Shown one piece after another: positions 60,113 to 64,000 of a DNA stretch of 64,000 bases. Origin of the DNA: Syntrophorhabdaceae bacterium (GTDB lineage Bacteria; Desulfobacterota; Syntrophorhabdia; Syntrophorhabdales; Syntrophorhabdaceae); NCBI GenBank assembly GCA_963666485.2, contig CAXXUO010000009.1, positions 128,001-192,000 on the forward strand, read 5' to 3'. Numbering within the stretch: the stretch's first letter is position 1; each line of letters begins with the position of its first letter. Made by a program: the position numbers and the translations under genes. The notes beneath the pieces were generated by a model. The model did not search any database, was not told where the DNA came from, and worked only from the letters and a program-made list of their open reading frames with translations.

Positions 60113-60427
60113 ATGGAGTTATTCGTAGTAATGGACAAAGCAACACTCGGACGCGGGGTTTTCGGCGTTTTTTCGTGCATTGAAACAGCGGAATCATTTG
60201 TAAGGGACCTGACGTTTCACAGTGTGGTCCTGGCGTATCCCCTGATAGGATCGTACGAGGGGTCCGGGAAGATCTATGCGGCTCATTCATATGACAATTT
60301 TTATGACACGCATATTTTCGACGGGATCTATTCTCAAAGCGACCTTGCCTACGAGGCGGTCGGCCAGAAAGGCCTTATCATTGAATTCATCCTCGATGTG
60401 CCCGATGAAAAAAAAGTAATTGTCTAG
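60113..60427 (+). CDS. Hypothetical protein
   Basis: 104-aa ORF with SD GAGG; two similar halves (FGVFS..ETA / FDGIYS..DLA). Confidence 0.6.
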   Translation: MELFVVMDKATLGRGVFGVFSCIETAESFVRDLTFHSVVLAYPLIGSYEGSGKIYAAHSYDNFYDTHIFDGIYSQSDLAYEAVGQKGLIIEFILDVPDEKKVIV

Positions 60428-60474
60428 GATTATCCGATTGTCAGTGTGATAATGATCATCGACTTCGATATGCA

Positions 60475-63060
60475 ATGCGTCTTAAACTTGCACCAAGGGG
60501 AAACATTTCCATCATGAGAGTATCCAATTTTTTCCCGAAACGTTTTGGCTCGCGTCTCTTCTTAATGACGATCATTGCCGGTTTCATACCGATCGCGATC
60601 TTCAGCATCATGATACAGGTGTTCGGCGAGAGACTGGAATCCCGTGTCCACCAGGCCATAGAAGTGAGATACCAGGAAGAGTGGGAACGCTCATCCGAAC
60701 TGCTCACCCGGATGGGAGAGGCATCTATCCGGCAAAAGGCCCTGGACCTGGCGTCACAGCTCGACGTGGTCCTTCAGTCCCACCCGTACATGACCCTCTC
60801 CGACCTCAAGCGCGACAGGAAATTTCGCGCCATAGCGGTGCAGACGGTCGGCCAGCAGGGATACACGGGGCTCATCGAGACGACGACAGGCATAATCCGG
60901 TTTCACCGGGACAGGGCCATCGAAAATTCGAGTGCGCGCGTATTTGAAAAAACACTTCCGGATTTCTGGAAGATAATCGATTCAGCCCGGTCAGGAAAGG
61001 CGTCCGGCGGTTATTACGACTGGAGGGAACCGGACGTAACGCTCGCAAAAAAATATATGTACGTCGTACCTCTATCACAGGTGACCGCGGATGGCAGGCG
61101 ATTAAGCCTTTTCGTGACCACGTATCTCGACGAGTTCACGAAACCCTTGCGGGAGGCCCATGCCATACAGCAGGAAGCCGCCCGGGATGTTCTCTATACG
61201 ACGTCCATCCTCATACATTCGGTCAGGATTAACGGCTTTTTGTTCATGGGGATAGGAATCCTGCTCGTCTCCCTCATGGCGTTCATAGCCGGCAGGTATT
61301 TCTCGGCAGGCATAACACGCTTGAGCGACGCGACGCGAAAGGTCAATGCCGGCGACCTGACCGTCCACGTAGAGCCGGTCCCATCAGGAGAGATAAGGAC
61401 CCTGATGGAGGATTTCAACCGGATGGTCGAACGCCTCAATACCACGACCGTTTCCAAAGAATTGCTCGAGGAGAGTGAAAAAAAGCTTATCGCGGCCAAC
61501 AGGGACTTAAGGCACGAAATAAACGTGAGGAAGGAGGCGGAGAGAGCTCTTGCCCTCGAAAAGGGACGTCTTGCCGTCACATTGACGTCGATTGCCGACG
61601 CCGTTGTTACCGTCGACACCGCCGGATCGATAATCCTTATCAACCGTGCAGCCGAAGAGTTGTCGGGGTATGCCCAGGATGAGGCGGAAGACAAGCCGTT
61701 CACCGAGGTCTTTCGGTTCAAGGGTTACGACCCGGATGGCGAGAAAGATCCCGTCGCATTCCTGCTGCGCGAGACCAGGTTTTCCGAACCGTGCACGCTT
61801 ATCAGCCGCAGCGGGACGGAACACCTGATAGAAAAGAACGCATCCCCCATTCATACCCACGATGCGACGCTTGCCGGCATCGTCATCGTGCTCAAGGACG
61901 TGACCGAGCACCACAGGATGGAGGTCGAGCTCCTGAAAGCCCGCAAACTGGAATCGATCGGCACACTGGCAGGGGGTATAGCACACGACTTCAACAACCT
62001 CCTTGCCGTTATCCTCGGTAATATCTCATTTGCCAAGATGCTTATCACGGGGAACCAAAAGGCCGCAAAGAGGCTCGACGAGGCCGAAAAAGCCACGATA
62101 CGCGGCAAAGACCTGTCGTACCGCCTGCTCACATTCGCCCGGGGCGGAACACCTGTAAAAAAAGTTACCGTGCTGTATGACCTGATACGCGACGCAGCCG
62201 AGATCACCACGGCCGGTTCACGGTCGAACTGCGTGTACCATTTTCCTGAAAACCTGTTCAAGGTCAGCGTCGACGAGGCGCAGGTCCGCCAGGTGATCCA
62301 CAACCTCGTCCTCAACGCCCGCGAATCGATGCCCGATGGCGGCGCGATAGATATCACCGCAGAGAATATGTACCTGACCGATGTCGAGGGCTCAAACCGT
62401 GATCCCGGCAATTACATCAGGATATCGATCCGGGATAAGGGCGTCGGGATCGCGCCGGAAAATCTCGAGCGCGTTTTCGACCCGTACTTCACGACCAAGG
62501 AAATGGGCAGTGAAAAGGGCATGGGGCTCGGGCTCGCGATCTGTTATTCCATAATCAAGAGCCACAGCGGCTATATAACCCTCGATTCCGAACCAGGACA
62601 GGGGACGGTCGTGCATGTCTATCTCCCTGCATTGAGCCCCGAGGAGCAATCGACAGCGGCGTCATCGGTCCTGCCGGCAAGAGAGTTGCGGATCCTCTAT
62701 ATGGATGACGAGGAGCAGGTCAGGGACATCGCGGGGCAGATTCTTCAGCACATAGGGTATGCCGTGGAATTCGCGAAGGATGGCTCTGAAGCGATCGAAC
62801 TTTTCAAAAAAGAGGCGCAAGCCGGGGTGCCCTATGATCTCGTCATACTCGACCTCAGCGTACCGGGTGGAATGGGCGGCCGGGAGGCATTGAGCGGCAT
62901 CCTCATGATCGACCCGCACGCGAAGGCCATTGTGTCGAGCGGATATATCGACGAGACAACGGTACATGAATATGAGGGATATGGTTTCTCGGGCGTTGTC
63001 ATGAAGCCTTACACACTCGAGCAGCTTGAGAAGGCGATAAAAGACGTGCTGGCACACTGA
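60475..63060 (+). CDS. Hybrid sensor histidine kinase (periplasmic sensor-HAMP-PAS-HisKA-HATPase-REC)
   Basis: Two TM segments, AGGIAHDFNNLL, NLVLNA, DKGVG, FTTK, GLGL, MDDE, ILDL; start may be ATG 60513. Confidence 0.93.
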   Translation: MRLKLAPRGNISIMRVSNFFPKRFGSRLFLMTIIAGFIPIAIFSIMIQVFGERLESRVHQAIEVRYQEEWERSSELLTRMGEASIRQKALDLASQLDVVLQSHPYMTLSDLKRDRKFRAIAVQTVGQQGYTGLIETTTGIIRFHRDRAIENSSARVFEKTLPDFWKIIDSARSGKASGGYYDWREPDVTLAKKYMYVVPLSQVTADGRRLSLFVTTYLDEFTKPLREAHAIQQEAARDVLYTTSILIHSVRINGFLFMGIGILLVSLMAFIAGRYFSAGITRLSDATRKVNAGDLTVHVEPVPSGEIRTLMEDFNRMVERLNTTTVSKELLEESEKKLIAANRDLRHEINVRKEAERALALEKGRLAVTLTSIADAVVTVDTAGSIILINRAAEELSGYAQDEAEDKPFTEVFRFKGYDPDGEKDPVAFLLRETRFSEPCTLISRSGTEHLIEKNASPIHTHDATLAGIVIVLKDVTEHHRMEVELLKARKLESIGTLAGGIAHDFNNLLAVILGNISFAKMLITGNQKAAKRLDEAEKATIRGKDLSYRLLTFARGGTPVKKVTVLYDLIRDAAEITTAGSRSNCVYHFPENLFKVSVDEAQVRQVIHNLVLNARESMPDGGAIDITAENMYLTDVEGSNRDPGNYIRISIRDKGVGIAPENLERVFDPYFTTKEMGSEKGMGLGLAICYSIIKSHSGYITLDSEPGQGTVVHVYLPALSPEEQSTAASSVLPARELRILYMDDEEQVRDIAGQILQHIGYAVEFAKDGSEAIELFKKEAQAGVPYDLVILDLSVPGGMGGREALSGILMIDPHAKAIVSSGYIDETTVHEYEGYGFSGVVMKPYTLEQLEKAIKDVLAH

Positions 63061-63196
63061 AGCTACAAACCCGGTCGCTACTGAATCCCACAGATCAATT
63101 CCTGACGAAAAAAGGTCGCAAGACCAACAAGAAAGTCAGACTTTGCGTTTCAGGCAAAAAATAAGTTAATATAGATCCTGTCTGAACGGCAGGGAT

Positions 63197-63291
63197 TAAA
63201 GGGGAGTAGCGTCCATATCGGCCTTATCGTCAATACGTCGCCATTGCGACCGGTAAGCCGGTTACGCGAAGCGTAACGAGCCAGACCTTTA
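63197..63291 (+). ncRNA. yybP-ykoY (Mn2+-sensing) riboswitch
   Basis: TAAAGGGGAGTAGCG...TCGTCAATAC...ACCGG...hairpin GTTACGC-GAA-GCGTAAC...AGACCTTTA (P1 TAAAGG/CCTTTA), upstream of a P-type ATPase. Confidence 0.85.
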
Positions 63292-63362
63292 CCGGAACAA
63301 TATACCCGTATTATCTTCAAACAGGTATATCATAACGATCTTCGGGAAGGGAGAAACCCAAT

Positions 63363-64000
63363 ATGGACAACCGGTACCACCTGGAAGAACCGGAAGCGTT
63401 GTATCTGCACTTCGGAAGCCGCCCTGACGGCCTCGATTCACGGGAGGCCGCGCAAAAACTCGATGAATTCGGCCCAAACGAACTAAAGGTCAAGAAGAAA
63501 AAGACACCTGTCATGATGTTCCTTGATCAGTTCAAGGATTTCATGATCCTGGTCCTTATCGCCGCTGCCACAGTAGCGGGGATAGTCGGGGAACTGACGG
63601 ACACGCTTATCATTATTGCCATTATCCTGGCTAACGCGGTCATAGGCTTCATCCAGGAATACCGGGCCGAGAAGGCCGTAGAGGCGCTGAAGCAAATGGC
63701 CGCACCACTTGTCAACGTCGTGCGCGAAGGCACGCCCCGACCGATCGCGTCCCGCGACCTGGTCCCCGGAGATATCGTTCTCCTCGAAGCAGGCGCGATC
63801 ATCCCCGCCGATATGCGGCTTATCGAAAGCGCCCAATTAAAGATCGATGAAGCCGCCCTGACCGGTGAATCCGTCCCCGTCGAAAAATCTGCTATCACAT
63901 TATCGGAACCGGAGCTGCCCCTGGGCGACAGGGTAAATATGGCATACAAGGGCACCATCGTCGCACACGGCAGGGGTTCGGGCATTGTCGTCGGCACCGG
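63363..64000 (+). CDS. Cation-translocating P-type ATPase (P2A, Ca/Mn type), N-terminal part
   Basis: Manual translation: MDNRYH...FGPNEL...FLDQFKDFMILVLIAAA...GFIQEYRAEKA...LVPGDIV...PADMRL...IDEAALTGES; SD GGGAG. Confidence 0.93.
   Translation, partial: MDNRYHLEEPEALYLHFGSRPDGLDSREAAQKLDEFGPNELKVKKKKTPVMMFLDQFKDFMILVLIAAATVAGIVGELTDTLIIIAIILANAVIGFIQEYRAEKAVEALKQMAAPLVNVVREGTPRPIASRDLVPGDIVLLEAGAIIPADMRLIESAQLKIDEAALTGESVPVEKSAITLSEPELPLGDRVNMAYKGTIVAHGRGSGIVVGT

Noticed and set aside
63103..63140. GGTC-GCAA-GACC hairpin inside a CTGAC/GTCAG stem, resembling part of a c-di-GMP riboswitch
   Set aside because: The remaining conserved elements of the aptamer were not found

Overview
Gene-dense chromosomal window, most likely from an anaerobic Gram-negative deltaproteobacterium (Desulfobacterota/Syntrophorhabdus-like; this is an inference from gene content). 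It holds about 58 CDS. There is no rRNA, tRNA, CRISPR array or transposase. The centre (about 9-33 kb) is a sulfur/metal island built around back-to-back sigma70 promoters. Leftward: rrf2-metY-metX-metW, then a rhodanese-ThiF/MoeB gene with an in-frame TGA at the catalytic-Cys position plus a SECIS-like hairpin (probable selenoprotein), then an uncharacterised Cys/His-rich protein ending in Gly-Gly, then thiE-thiS-thiG-thiH. Rightward: a HydE-like radical SAM gene, nifU-nifS-cysE, and directly after them the mercury-methylation pair hgcA-hgcB. A CCTA-N9-T(A/G)GG palindrome follows both promoters and also the cysK promoter, suggesting one Rrf2 regulon that may include hgcAB. metY and cysE carry frameshifts (assembly error or decay). 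Also present: a CusCBA-type efflux system, cysK-larE-mnmA-ridA, accD-folC-lptD-rfbACBD-lpxH, ileS-lspA, a hybrid histidine kinase, and a yybP-ykoY riboswitch before a P-type ATPase. Ten intergenic elements are made of inverted heptamer tandem repeats, several of which supply gene stop codons. One 284-bp element is a highly structured inverted-repeat unit. All calls come from motif recognition by eye; no database searches were run.
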